The translations under genes and the position numbers were made by a program. A DNA stretch of 64,000 bases, from the IMG/VR virus record IMGVR_UViG_3300030688_000015, one strand, 5' to 3'. The notes below the pieces were generated by a model. The model ran no database searches, was not told the DNA's origin, and saw nothing but the letters and a program-made list of their open reading frames with translations. Position 1 is the first letter of the stretch; every line of letters begins with the position of its first letter. Positions 41,612 through 51,354 of this stretch are shown in pieces. The DNA is from a virus.

Positions 41612-42247
41612 TTACTTATAAATATTAGTTAAAATATTTTTTGCTGCATCTAGCATTTTATTTAAATCTTTATTCAAGATAAAAAGCTTTTCTTTTTTCA
41701 TTATGGCAAAGCTTGAAGAAATTCCCTCTAGAGTTTCTTTTAAGTTTTGTATTAAATCAGAAGGTGCAGGTCTAGCTATTAGAGTTAAATCTTTCTCTTT
41801 TAACAAAATTTTTTCTTTATTATATGTAAAGTCATCAACGCAGATACTTCTATTTTTATACTCATCTTCTAGGATTTCAATTACTGGTAGAACAATTTTA
41901 GAATCTTTTAACCTAACTAAGTCTCCTGTCTTTATTTTTATCTTGGAAATTTGATCTTTACCTACAATTTCTCCATTAGATAATAAGTAAGTGTTATCAA
42001 TTCTATATACTTGATCAATTCTAGCAGACTGGTTGCTATACTCTATTAGCTCTCCAATTTCATAATTTAGAACTAAACTAGAATCTATACATTTTTTATA
42101 TTTACAAACATAAGTTTTCACAGTTAGTTCATTAATGTTAGGTTCAATCTCTCTTATTATTCTTAAGATAGAATTTGCTTCCTTTTCACCTTGTTGTAAC
42201 AGAGATATAACTGTATCTTTAAGACTAAATTTACTTTTATTTTGCAT
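41612..42247 (-). CDS. hypothetical protein with repeated small beta (KOW/SH3-like) segments; paralog of 42329..42823
   Basis: Repeated GDLVR(L/I)... and GE(L/I)(V/I)... segments in both proteins. Confidence 0.45.
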   Translation of the reverse strand: MQNKSKFSLKDTVISLLQQGEKEANSILRIIREIEPNINELTVKTYVCKYKKCIDSSLVLNYEIGELIEYSNQSARIDQVYRIDNTYLLSNGEIVGKDQISKIKIKTGDLVRLKDSKIVLPVIEILEDEYKNRSICVDDFTYNKEKILLKEKDLTLIARPAPSDLIQNLKETLEGISSSFAIMKKEKLFILNKDLNKMLDAAKNILTNIYK

Positions 42248-42328
42248 TTATTGACTTTCTTAAATTAAAAATTTTTAGCTTATATAACTAGTCTTAATAA
42301 TAAAGAGAAGAAACTTTTATTTTTTACT

Positions 42329-42823
42329 TTATTTACTTTCTTCTCTATCTACCAAAGTTAATTGAGATATTAGGTAAGGAATTTTGCTACCAAGAACCAT
42401 AGCAGTTTCGTATTCATTGTCTACAGAAATTACCCTTAACTCTCTATCTCCAGACATTATTCTAACTAAATCCCCAATTCTTAAATTTAATTTTTCTAAT
42501 TGCTTTGTAGTTGTTATTTGTCTGCTAGAAAGTCTACAGAAAGCTACTCCATTCTTTTCTGGTTGTATTGAGACTATTCTGACTATTTGTTTTGAAATGC
42601 TGAATTTAACCAACTCTCCTACTTTAAATGAAGGTATAGCTTTAATTTCAGCTTCTTCCAATTTTTGAATTTTTTGATCTCTTTTTTTAATTAAAGAAGT
42701 GTAAGTTCTGATGGTAGGTAAGTGTACATCTTGTTTTTTATGAATTCTTATGTATTCTTGAATTTCTTTAGAATTATAGATTCCTTGCTTAATTGCAAAT
42801 TCAACTAATTTTTTAATATTCAC
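42329..42823 (-). CDS. hypothetical protein, paralog of 41612..42247
   Basis: See 41612..42247. Confidence 0.45.
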   Translation of the reverse strand: MNIKKLVEFAIKQGIYNSKEIQEYIRIHKKQDVHLPTIRTYTSLIKKRDQKIQKLEEAEIKAIPSFKVGELVKFSISKQIVRIVSIQPEKNGVAFCRLSSRQITTTKQLEKLNLRIGDLVRIMSGDRELRVISVDNEYETAMVLGSKIPYLISQLTLVDREESK

Positions 42824-42988
42824 TTTTCTTTTCCTTTTTATAAACTAAAAGAGTAAGTAATTTTACTTTATAAAATTTCTTTTAAGTGTAATTATTATTT
42901 CTAATAGAAATCTAATATCAATAATCAATATTTAGTTGCTTTGGATACTTCCTCCTTTTAGTTGATAAAACTTATCTTATTTTTATTC

Positions 42989-43360
42989 TTATAAAGTAAA
43001 AACATTTTGTTTATTATCCATGTATTGTGTCCAAATATAATCTCTTTCACAAATTACTTCAAATGATCTATTTTTAGCTACAATTTCAATTTTTAAATAA
43101 TCTGAATAACTGGATTTATAATTTTCTTGTAAAATATCTTTAAATATTTTTTTAATACTTAACAACAAACTATCAACAATTGCTAGATCTGAATTATCTT
43201 TATCCACAAACATTGTAAAATGTGCATGACATTTATATTTTTTATATATTTTATTTATTAATTCGTCTACTAACTCAATTAATTCTTTATTAGTCATAAT
43301 TGCAAGTTTTTGTTCGTAAGTTATATCAGAATTTATAAAATCTCCTATAACTATTTTCAT
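42989..43360 (-). CDS. hypothetical protein
   Basis: 123-aa ORF. Confidence 0.4.
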   Translation of the reverse strand: MKIVIGDFINSDITYEQKLAIMTNKELIELVDELINKIYKKYKCHAHFTMFVDKDNSDLAIVDSLLLSIKKIFKDILQENYKSSYSDYLKIEIVAKNRSFEVICERDYIWTQYMDNKQNVFTL

Positions 43361-43372
43361 ATTTTTACTCCT

Positions 43373-43594
43373 TCATTCAAATATAAATCCAACAGGTAAA
43401 TCTTTAATAGTTACTAAAAATAACTTTTGATTTATACTTTTATCTTTCCCACAATATTGAATTTTAATGTCTTTTACATAACATTCACCATTATCTTCCC
43501 AAAGTGTAAAAAATAAATCCCACATATTATCAAACTCTATAACTGTAGCCATACTTTCTTCTAAAGTGTCTTTATTCCATCTAAATTTAATCAT
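43373..43594 (-). CDS. hypothetical protein, paralog of the partial gene at 63807..64000
   Basis: MIKFRWNKDTLEESMATVIEFD vs MIKFRWHRGTLEESMATAMEFD. Confidence 0.5.
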   Translation of the reverse strand: MIKFRWNKDTLEESMATVIEFDNMWDLFFTLWEDNGECYVKDIKIQYCGKDKSINQKLFLVTIKDLPVGFIFE

Positions 43595-43598
43595 TTAA

Positions 43599-43844
43599 TT
43601 ACTTTCTAAAAAATAACACATAAATATTCAAAGGCATTGATAAAATAGCTATAAAAAGTAATATTTTATCAATTAAAGTTAATCTACTTTTAGATTTTCC
43701 ATATGTCTTTTCATAATCTTCAATAGACATTGTAACTGAATGTTTTGTAATTTCTTGATTATTAGTATTAGAATCTCTTAACTTATTTATTGTGCCAACA
43801 ACTATTCTTTTATTCATAATTTCAGATTTAATCATTCTCTTCAC
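43599..43844 (-). CDS. small membrane protein; start region identical to that of 63475..63810
   Basis: MKRMIKS... start. 30-nt identical junction ctaaatggataggtgaagagaatgattaaatc at both loci. Confidence 0.45.
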   Translation of the reverse strand: MKRMIKSEIMNKRIVVGTINKLRDSNTNNQEITKHSVTMSIEDYEKTYGKSKSRLTLIDKILLFIAILSMPLNIYVLFFRK

Positions 43845-44307
43845 CTATCCATTTAGCCCACATATGACCGCCATCTTTAAATAATATACCAAAATCACAT
43901 TCTTTGTTTTTACATTGAGAAGGGCAATATTTATCAAGATCATATAAATGTCCATTTAACGGAACTAACAAAGAATATTGGTCATCGTTACCAAAACAAT
44001 ATGTTTCATCTGCATATATTTTAGTACCATTATCCAATAACCAATGCGGACGAAATGGAGGTATTAGTGAATAAGAATTTTCAAGGATATCAATTAATTC
44101 ATCTTTAGAAGCTGTCCAATATACGTTTACATTTAAACTTAAACATTCATAATAAATTCTACCGTCAAAATCAATTGTATTTGTTATTTTTGTTATCCAA
44201 TTAGGAGGTGTATGTCGCTTCCACTTTTGACCTACTTTAATTTCCATTATCAAACTCCTCTTCTGAAAAATAATGTTGAAATCCATCAATATGACGGTTA
44301 GCAGCAT
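43828..44307 (-). CDS. hypothetical protein; C-terminus (HMWAKWIGEEND) resembles C-terminus of 63277..63474
   Basis: 159-aa ORF. Confidence 0.45.
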   Translation of the reverse strand: MLLTVILMDFNIIFQKRSLIMEIKVGQKWKRHTPPNWITKITNTIDFDGRIYYECLSLNVNVYWTASKDELIDILENSYSLIPPFRPHWLLDNGTKIYADETYCFGNDDQYSLLVPLNGHLYDLDKYCPSQCKNKECDFGILFKDGGHMWAKWIGEEND

Positions 44308-44428
44308 CTATATATGCACTAGCATCCGCTTCATTTTTAAATACTTTCACAATTTGCGTTGTTACGTCACTAATACCTTTATGATTATATGTAATTATAT
44401 CTTTACAAACCACATAACATTTATCCAT
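44237..44428 (-). CDS. small hypothetical protein, paralog of 45080..45258
   Basis: MDKCYVVCKD...IVKVF vs MEVCYVVWRE...IVKVF; the DNA is also similar. Confidence 0.4.
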   Translation of the reverse strand: MDKCYVVCKDIITYNHKGISDVTTQIVKVFKNEADASAYIDAANRHIDGFQHYFSEEEFDNGN

Positions 44429-44940
44429 TATTTATCCTTTTCTATTATTTCTTTTTCTATTTTTTTATAATTTAATTTAATAATTTCTAAGGCTTCTTTT
44501 TGAAGTCGTAGGTCTGCTAAATCATAATCATCACTTTCAATTAAATATTTTTGTATAAATTCATACAGTGTGCCGCTCCAAATCCAATCTTTTCTAATTA
44601 TTTTCAACCCGCATTTCCCTGTAACAGGATGATAAATTATAATTTTTATTTTCCAAAAATTACTATAGTCTCTATAATCTAAATTTATATGATATTCATA
44701 ATCGAGATAAGTATGTGTATATTTAAAAGGCTCAATATTATAATTGTGTGTTCGAAGCATTAATTCTAAAAAAGTATCACCACCTGTTAAATTTACTCTA
44801 TTATGTTCCCATAAAGTTATACCTTCCGCAAATCTACGAGCTACTCCAGAAGGATAATTGTCGTGAGAAGCAAATAATGTAGTCGTATATTTTATATCTC
44901 TTCTATGTTTTTTTATTTTAAATATTGCTCGTGTTCCCAT
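44428..44940 (-). CDS. hypothetical protein
   Basis: 170-aa ORF. Confidence 0.45.
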   Translation of the reverse strand: MGTRAIFKIKKHRRDIKYTTTLFASHDNYPSGVARRFAEGITLWEHNRVNLTGGDTFLELMLRTHNYNIEPFKYTHTYLDYEYHINLDYRDYSNFWKIKIIIYHPVTGKCGLKIIRKDWIWSGTLYEFIQKYLIESDDYDLADLRLQKEALEIIKLNYKKIEKEIIEKDK

Positions 44941-45079
44941 TTTCTTTCCCTTCTAATTCTGCTTCAGCTAATTCAATCATTTTATTAATTGTTACTATTG
45001 ACTCATAATGTCTAAGTGATGCTGTATACTCATCATGCAATGGCATCCCAAATAAAGGTTGTGCATTTTTATAATCCAT

Positions 45080-45258
45080 TATATTAACTCTTCTTCTGTT
45101 ATAAAATAATCAAAATAACTATCTAGTGTTAATGTATCTACAAATCCAATTGCTTCGTTTTTGTGATGGAATACTTTTACAATATCTCTTTTTATCTCAC
45201 TAATGAGATGACAATTGTAACAATATCTTTCACGCCACACTACATAACATACTTCCAT
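45080..45258 (-). CDS. small hypothetical protein (59 aa) not in the ORF track; paralog of 44237..44428
   Basis: Reverse-complement reading gives MEVCYVVWRERYCYNCHLISEIKRDIVKVFHHKNEAIGFVDTLTLDSYFDYFITEEELI. Confidence 0.35.
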
Positions 45259-45388
45259 TATTTATCCCTCTCTGCTAACATAGCAAACCTATCTCTAAGT
45301 TCTACTTTACCATCAATTATGTCAAATCTACGCTTAAAATCTTCTTGTGCTTGTTCAGTTGTTAATTCAATATACTTTGTATCATTCA

Positions 45389-45739
45389 TTATTTTTTTAA
45401 TTCAACTAATATTTTATCAAGACCTAAATCAATTACTTGACGTGCTTTGCTAGCTTCTGGAGTTGCTGCTAACATTTCAGTAGCTTTAGCCCCAGCCACT
45501 AAATACATTGTTTCTTTATTGGGCGATAATACTGTTATGATTATAAAAACTATATAAATTGGAATGCAAATTTTTAATAATTTTTTTATAATTTTATTAA
45601 TTTTTTCATCATTTCTATCATCTAAAGTCATAAAAAACGCAACTAAAGTCATTATTAAAGCAAACCCAACAAAAACATCAAAACAAGCACAAAACACATT
45701 TAAATTTTCAATCACGTTTATTAAATAAAAATACCACAT
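45389..45739 (-). CDS. membrane protein (3 TM)
   Basis: Hydrophobic segments VFVGFALIMTLVAFFM, IYIVFIIITVL. Confidence 0.45.
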   Translation of the reverse strand: MWYFYLINVIENLNVFCACFDVFVGFALIMTLVAFFMTLDDRNDEKINKIIKKLLKICIPIYIVFIIITVLSPNKETMYLVAGAKATEMLAATPEASKARQVIDLGLDKILVELKK

Positions 45740-46797
45740 TATTTTAATCCCTCTAATAATTTAGCAGCTGCTATTAATATATCTGCATTTTCTTTAGTTT
45801 TAGCAAATGTTGTTGTATCTGCTAATAATTCAAAATGATTAAAAAATCCAAAATGTAATTTATGATTTTTTATTATTACCCATGTACTTTCTTCTTTTGT
45901 TACAAAACCATTCTCTAACAAATACTGCTCAAAATCAAACTCAGACTTTTTAGGTAAAGGTTTTAGCTCTACGTACTCTTGCATAATCTTAATAAATTTA
46001 TCAAAGTTTATTATACAAATAACTTCTGGACGTTTATCAGATGTAAGGTTTTTTATATATGAATATTTTCCATCTATAAATGTAAAAGAATCATCATTTT
46101 TATCAAATGAAATATAAGGGCATTGAGTTTCTAATACTTTTTTATTTTGTATCCACCCGTTATACTCTAATACTTCGTTAATATTCTCTTTAGTTATCGG
46201 CTCAAATTCTTGCATAGTTTCCTCTTCCGTTGTTTTAGGAATTGGTTTTAGCTCAATGCGTTTTTGTACAAATGTTAGGAATTCATCAAAATCATCAGTG
46301 TGAATGTTTCCGTACTCACTTCGTAAATAATAATTAAATTTAAATTTAACATCGGCTAATAAAATAGTATAATCAACTACAAAACCATCTTTTGTTGATT
46401 GATAATGATTATAATTTTCCCCATCATACTTCCACCCGTTATACTCTAATACTTCGTTAATATTCTCTTTAGTTATCGGCTTGCATAGTTTTTCTTCAGT
46501 TGTTTCCATTTTGGAAATAGGTTCTTTAAATTCTAATGTTCTGCCACTAAAATTTTGTAATGCTTCTTCTCTAGCTTGTTTCATAGATACAATAGGTTTG
46601 TCAATTATTGTTAGTTCTGATATATTATGTTCATAACAATCTGGATTAATATAAAATAATCTATAAAATCCCCAATTATCAAAACCTACTTCTACTGCGC
46701 TATTTGCTGGATTTTTGTCATGAACTTCACCTTCACCATATTCTTCATGTTTTACTTTCATTCCTATTTTAAAATCATCTATAGTCATTATTACCAC
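45739..46797 (-). CDS. protein with N-terminal Tudor-like (DUF3553/UvrD-C-like) motif and an internal tandem duplication
   Basis: N-terminal MTIDDFKIGMKVKHEEYGEGEV. Repeated PITKENINEVLEYNGW blocks. A 48-nt identical DNA repeat at about 46146..46200 and 46430..46480. Confidence 0.5.
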   Translation of the reverse strand: MVIMTIDDFKIGMKVKHEEYGEGEVHDKNPANSAVEVGFDNWGFYRLFYINPDCYEHNISELTIIDKPIVSMKQAREEALQNFSGRTLEFKEPISKMETTEEKLCKPITKENINEVLEYNGWKYDGENYNHYQSTKDGFVVDYTILLADVKFKFNYYLRSEYGNIHTDDFDEFLTFVQKRIELKPIPKTTEEETMQEFEPITKENINEVLEYNGWIQNKKVLETQCPYISFDKNDDSFTFIDGKYSYIKNLTSDKRPEVICIINFDKFIKIMQEYVELKPLPKKSEFDFEQYLLENGFVTKEESTWVIIKNHKLHFGFFNHFELLADTTTFAKTKENADILIAAAKLLEGLK

Positions 46798-47026
46798 TTT
46801 CTAAATTGGTGATTTTTTCTTCTAATACATTTATTTTATTTAATAAATTTTTATTAATATCATATTGACTTAAAATTTCTAATTCATCTAGATTTTCTAA
46901 ATAAAAGTGTATTGTATAATAGTTAAAAACAACATTTATTCCATGAAGAAAAATATTTTCTACAAACCCATCACCATGATCATCATGATGAACAAACATA
47001 TTTATTTCAAAATCATTTATTGTCAT
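46775..47026 (-). CDS. small Tudor-like (DUF3553-like) protein
   Basis: MTINDFEINMFVHHDDHGDGFV. Confidence 0.4.
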   Translation of the reverse strand: MTINDFEINMFVHHDDHGDGFVENIFLHGINVVFNYYTIHFYLENLDELEILSQYDINKNLLNKINVLEEKITNLESGNNDYR

Positions 47027-47256
47027 TACCTACAAACCTTTTTAAAATCATCAGAATTCATTATTATTTTTTTAACTAATGATAATTCTGATACCGTTTT
47101 ATTATTAAATTTTATATATTTATCTTTTACATTAGTCCACCGAAAATTATTTAAAAATGCAACTTCAATTTCTGTTTCTAAAATACAAGTAACATTCCCC
47201 ATCCCGTATTCTTTATGACTAACTAATGCACCTATTTTAAATTCATCTATTGTCAT
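47026..47256 (-). CDS. small Tudor-like (DUF3553-like) protein
   Basis: MTIDEFKIGALVSHKEYGMGNV. Confidence 0.4.
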   Translation of the reverse strand: MTIDEFKIGALVSHKEYGMGNVTCILETEIEVAFLNNFRWTNVKDKYIKFNNKTVSELSLVKKIIMNSDDFKKVCR

Positions 47257-47494
47257 TATTAAACTCCAGTTCTTTTATTTTAGCTTCTAATTCTTCAATA
47301 TAATCGTCTTTTTCTTCTAATGCCTGCTCACATTTTAGAATATGATTATCTGCAATTTCTAAACAAAGCTTCAGTTCTTGAATGTAAACTTTTAATTCTG
47401 TTTCGTTCTTTTCAAGTCCCCAATCTAGTCTTCTTGCTAATCTGTAATCTGGATCTTCAACATAGCTAGATAAGAAGTTACTATTAAATTGCAT
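47243..47494 (-). CDS. hypothetical coiled-coil protein
   Basis: 83-aa ORF. Confidence 0.35.
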   Translation of the reverse strand: MQFNSNFLSSYVEDPDYRLARRLDWGLEKNETELKVYIQELKLCLEIADNHILKCEQALEEKDDYIEELEAKIKELEFNNDNR

Positions 47495-47556
47495 TTATTT
47501 ATTCCTTTAAGATTAAAAAGTTATCTCATATTAATTGTTATTGTATTATAAATATA

Positions 47557-48117
47557 TTATCCCATAAAATCATAACAATGTTCAATTGCATATTTTAATT
47601 GATTATAATCTCGATTTTTAAATTCTATTTCATTATTTTGATTAATGTAAACCTCAATCTGTACACCTTGATCCGAAGTATTCTGGTCACTAAATGCTAT
47701 AACACAATCTCTAGAATGAGTAGTTGCAAATATTTGTACATTTTGATTAAAAGACCAAGTAAATAAATTCTCCCACATCTCTTCTAATTTTGAATAATGA
47801 ATACTATCTCCTAGATTCTTTAGCACGCAAACACTATTATAATTTTCAGGATTATAATAAGTATTCTCTCCAGTATAGAAGAACATATTTTGTACATCTG
47901 GCACAATATATCCATACTTTACTGAAATAGCTTCCACGGGATCTAAAAAAGTATTATGTTTAATAGCTTCAAATAACTTTGTATCTATAATATCATTAGA
48001 GCAGATTAAGTTAATTCTTTTTAAATTTTCAATTTTTATATTTTGGTTTTTATGAACAACAGTAAGTTCATTTAACCATTTAGATTGATCCACTACAAAT
48101 TCTCTCAATAATTGCAA
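47557..48117 (-). pseudogene. C-terminal fragment of an AAA_21/ABC-type ATPase (ATTHS motif); no Walker-A half upstream
   Basis: ...QIFATTHSRDCVIAFSD. The N-terminal ATP-binding half is absent from 48118 onwards. Confidence 0.35.
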
Positions 48118-48401
48118 CTATTTACTTTGTTATCTAATACCCAAACATTACCATGCTCATCCATAAATCCTTCAGTAATTAAGACTCCACTTTCTTCTAT
48201 ATCTTTCTGAATATACTGAGTGTGATCTTTACATAAATAAATTACTGTCCTTGAATTTTTTGGAGTTCTATTGTGCATATCCACCAAAGCTCCAACTGTG
48301 AAAATAAATTCTACTACACCAAAAGAAAAAGCTAGAAGTGCAAATATTACTAGAAAAGAATCTCTAATAGCAGGACTAAAAAATTTTTTTAACTTTAACA
48401 T
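48105..48401 (-). CDS. hypothetical membrane protein
   Basis: 98 aa with TM FLVIFALLAFSFGVVEFIFTVGAL. Confidence 0.4.
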   Translation of the reverse strand: MLKLKKFFSPAIRDSFLVIFALLAFSFGVVEFIFTVGALVDMHNRTPKNSRTVIYLCKDHTQYIQKDIEESGVLITEGFMDEHGNVWVLDNKVNSCNY

Positions 48402-48568
48402 ATATTAAGCTTTACAAAAAACATTTTCATTTCCTTTCAAGTTAAGTAATAATTCCAATTTCATAACAATATTATACCACTAATTCTTCTTTACAAGTGA
48501 TATTTAAACTTAATATTTTGTTACTACCCAGAGGGTCTACTCCTAAAACACTGATTTTTAAGTCAGCA

Positions 48569-48832
48569 CTATATTATAAAATCATTTGGATTTATCAGTA
48601 CACGTCTAATGCTATCCAGTAAATCCAATCCTTGCTTTTTCATAGTCGAAATAAAACCACGTATTTTCACAAAATATTTAGCATATTGTGCATTTCTAAA
48701 ACATCCTGATATTTTCTGTCGCAGTTTTATCATCCGAATGTCTCTTTCGACTTGATTATTGGTAAATTCAAGCTTAAAATCATACATAAAACCTAGATAT
48801 TCTTTATATCGTTCATGTAATCTATTTAACAA
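48569..48832 (-). pseudogene. IS66 transposase C-terminal fragment
   Basis: See the mobile_element entry 48569..49600. Confidence 0.5.
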
Positions 48833-49600
48833 GGCTTCAAGTTGTCCCTGACGATTTTCATCAGTCAGCTCCTTTACTTGTGATTTCTACCAGCTTTCAA
48901 CACGTCAAACCATGCTTTTTTGTGCATAGAATGTACCCATTTACTTAAAGCATTAATACTTATTAATTTTGCATACTTCACATCAGCATGAATCTTATTT
49001 AATAGCTTATATAATTCATTAGCAAATTCAAGCTTATCATACTCTGACACAGCTTTTAATTCACGTAATAAATGTGCATTACATAACCCATGTATCGCAT
49101 TCGTACCAACAGTAAAACTCTTAAAGTTACTACGGTACAGTTACACAACCACAAGTACATTGACCATTATATATATATATATTATGGTTAACTATTACTT
49201 TTTTATTTCTACATCTTGCGTTTGTCTAGTTTCTATATACGAAAAATTAGATAATAATAACCCACAGCTACAACAAGATTATAATCAACCTCTGTATCCA
49301 CAACTTCACTGAACTTTAAATTACTTCCACTATGTCCAGATTGACTATTATCTGTTTTACCTCGTCCATTTGTGGTATTTCGCTTCTTACCTTCTACTTA
49401 ATTCATTAATTATCTCAGCTTGCTTAGAAATTATACCCATATACTCTTTATTTTGAGCTTCCAAAACTGATATACGCTTATCTTGTTCTATAATACGATA
49501 ACGCAAACTCTCATTCTCAGATAATGCCTTATTTAGCTTACCTTTAAGATTTACTATCTCTTTTAAAGCATAAAATAAATTTAATTAATAAAAACCTTAG
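48569..49600 (-). mobile_element. decayed IS66-family transposase (tnpC) remnant with frameshifts/stops
   Basis: C-terminal 87-aa ORF FTNNQVERDIRMIKLRQKISGCF. Upstream, in other frames, are HGLCNAHLLRELKAVSEYDKLEFA (IS66 CNAH zinc motif) and an N-terminal leucine-zipper segment. Locally higher GC. Confidence 0.55.
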
Positions 49601-50156
49601 ACCTTATTATCTCATTTGCTAGGGGCTGTGTAGTAACGATTAATCAACTTATTTTGATTTCATTGAAAATTCTAGTAAGTTGTTTTAATATATTTTATGA
49701 GCTTGTGAAGCTTGCCTAAATTGCACAAATCAGTCGTTTAATAAGGTGGATTATAAGTCACTGATTTAAAAGACTTATTAATTGTTATTGTATAAATCCT
49801 CGTTATTTTAATAAAGAGAGGTATCAAAACATCATTAAGATCACCACTGGTTTATTTAAGTTTACACTTGACTCCAGTGGTAGGATTAATTAGATAGATA
49901 AGGTCTTTAATAGATAACTTCTATCTAAAGCTTGTTATGTATTATGTAATAGAATCCTACTAACCAACATACTAAAATCACAACTACCACTTACTTGTTG
50001 TAATCCTATTAAGCTCCTTAGCTCTATGATTTGCATATAACTTAAGCCATATGATGTCTATAAGAGTGCATATAATGAAGGTTATAGAAAAACTTATTAC
50101 AGCAATCCATAAAAAATGTACAATATTCATAAGAGTTATCCTTCTTTAGTCTAGTG

Positions 50157-50465
50157 TTAATACTTTTTAGTTGATCTTCTCTTGCGAGGAGTAGCTTGTT
50201 CATTGTCTACTTTACTACACTCTACCTCAATCCAACCCTCTTTATCTGAAGTAGGTTTGTTTTCAATAGATACTGTTTGAGCATAATTTGCACCATATCC
50301 AACATTATCTTTTTCCATAAGCTTTTTCAATTCAGCCTCAACTTCCTTTAGTTTATATTTCATATCTCGACAATTCTCTCTTACTACAGCCATTTTGTCT
50401 TCTAGACTATGTAGTTCATAAGCTACAAGAGCTAAGGATATTAAAACTAATACTGCTAAAAACAT
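50157..50465 (-). CDS. membrane-anchored coiled-coil protein
   Basis: N-terminal TM then coiled coil; 102 aa. Confidence 0.4.
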   Translation of the reverse strand: MFLAVLVLISLALVAYELHSLEDKMAVVRENCRDMKYKLKEVEAELKKLMEKDNVGYGANYAQTVSIENKPTSDKEGWIEVECSKVDNEQATPRKRRSTKKY

Positions 50466-50539
50466 ATTACATCTTTCTTAAAATAAATTTATTAAAACCA
50501 TTATAGCAACTAACACAGAGATTATTATCCAAACTAACA

Positions 50540-50860
50540 TTATTCAATATTTCCTTTAACTACTTCATTGAGGGATGAATCTATTGTAGTATATACTAAA
50601 AGGTCTACATAGGCTTTTAAATTTGCTACTTGTTGTTCTAAAGATTCAATCTTGTCATATAGGTAAGTAATACCATCTTCATTTACAAGATTTAATTCAC
50701 AGAATTCAAAGTCTTGGAAAGTTAAGGTGCTGCTGAGTCCATAAAACTGAACTACTACATTACGCTCGTGTACCTCTAAGATAACACCTTTACCATATTC
50801 AGTATTTGTAACTACTCTACCTACCTCAAAGTCATTGATTGTTAAATCATGCTCTTCCAA
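50540..50860 (-). CDS. small Tudor-like (DUF3553-like) protein
   Basis: LTINDFEVGRVVTNTEYGKGVILEV. TTG start after AAGGAAAT. Confidence 0.45.
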   Translation of the reverse strand: MEEHDLTINDFEVGRVVTNTEYGKGVILEVHERNVVVQFYGLSSTLTFQDFEFCELNLVNEDGITYLYDKIESLEQQVANLKAYVDLLVYTTIDSSLNEVVKGNIE

Positions 50861-50945
50861 TTTTATTTCCTTTTACTTCTTAACATTACTAACAGTATTA
50901 TACCTTACAGCTTTAATCTAAAGTTATATTTTTTGAGTTATCCTT
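50861..50945 (-). promoter_or_regulatory. promoter/RBS unit (TATAAT) upstream of 50540..50860; about 70-bp near-identical copy at 51805..51875
   Basis: gctgtaaggTATAATactgttagtaatgttaagaagtaaaAGGAAAT; the second copy is about 90% identical. Confidence 0.45.
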
Positions 50946-50962
50946 AATACTTGTATTACTCT

Positions 50963-51253
50963 TTATGAATTAATATATTCTCTAATAGCAGAATCTATGT
51001 CTGGTATCATCTTACCCTCTACATATTTAAGAGCAAACCTGTATCCTTCTTTAGTGGCATTAACTGACAATCTTCCACTACCTCCAGCTTCTAATATTCT
51101 TATTAGTCCTATATTTTCTAGGAAGTAAATCTCATCTCTAGGTGGGACAATTATGTTTGTTTCTAAAAGTAAGAAATTTTCCATCAACTTAAGTAAGAAA
51201 TCTTCATCAAAAGTTAGAGTACTATATCTACTGTAAGTTTCTTTAACTTGCAT
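50963..51253 (-). CDS. hypothetical protein
   Basis: 96-aa ORF. Confidence 0.4.
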   Translation of the reverse strand: MQVKETYSRYSTLTFDEDFLLKLMENFLLLETNIIVPPRDEIYFLENIGLIRILEAGGSGRLSVNATKEGYRFALKYVEGKMIPDIDSAIREYINS

Positions 51254-51354
51254 ACTTACCTTCCTTAAATGTAAGAATCTATTTATTAATTTAAGTTATT
51301 ATTTTCATTTTACCAAGTAATAGATTATACTTTATTAAGTTAATCTTGAGTCAT

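Noticed and set aside
49600-50160. Possible tRNA or tmRNA genes in non-coding stretches (49.6-50.16 kb and 51.25-52.08 kb)
   Set aside because: No cloverleaf-compatible sequence with a GTTCnAnnC T-arm and 7-bp acceptor stem was found. The hairpin ACCACTGG...CCAGTGGT at about 49840..49885 has a 23-nt loop and no other tRNA features.
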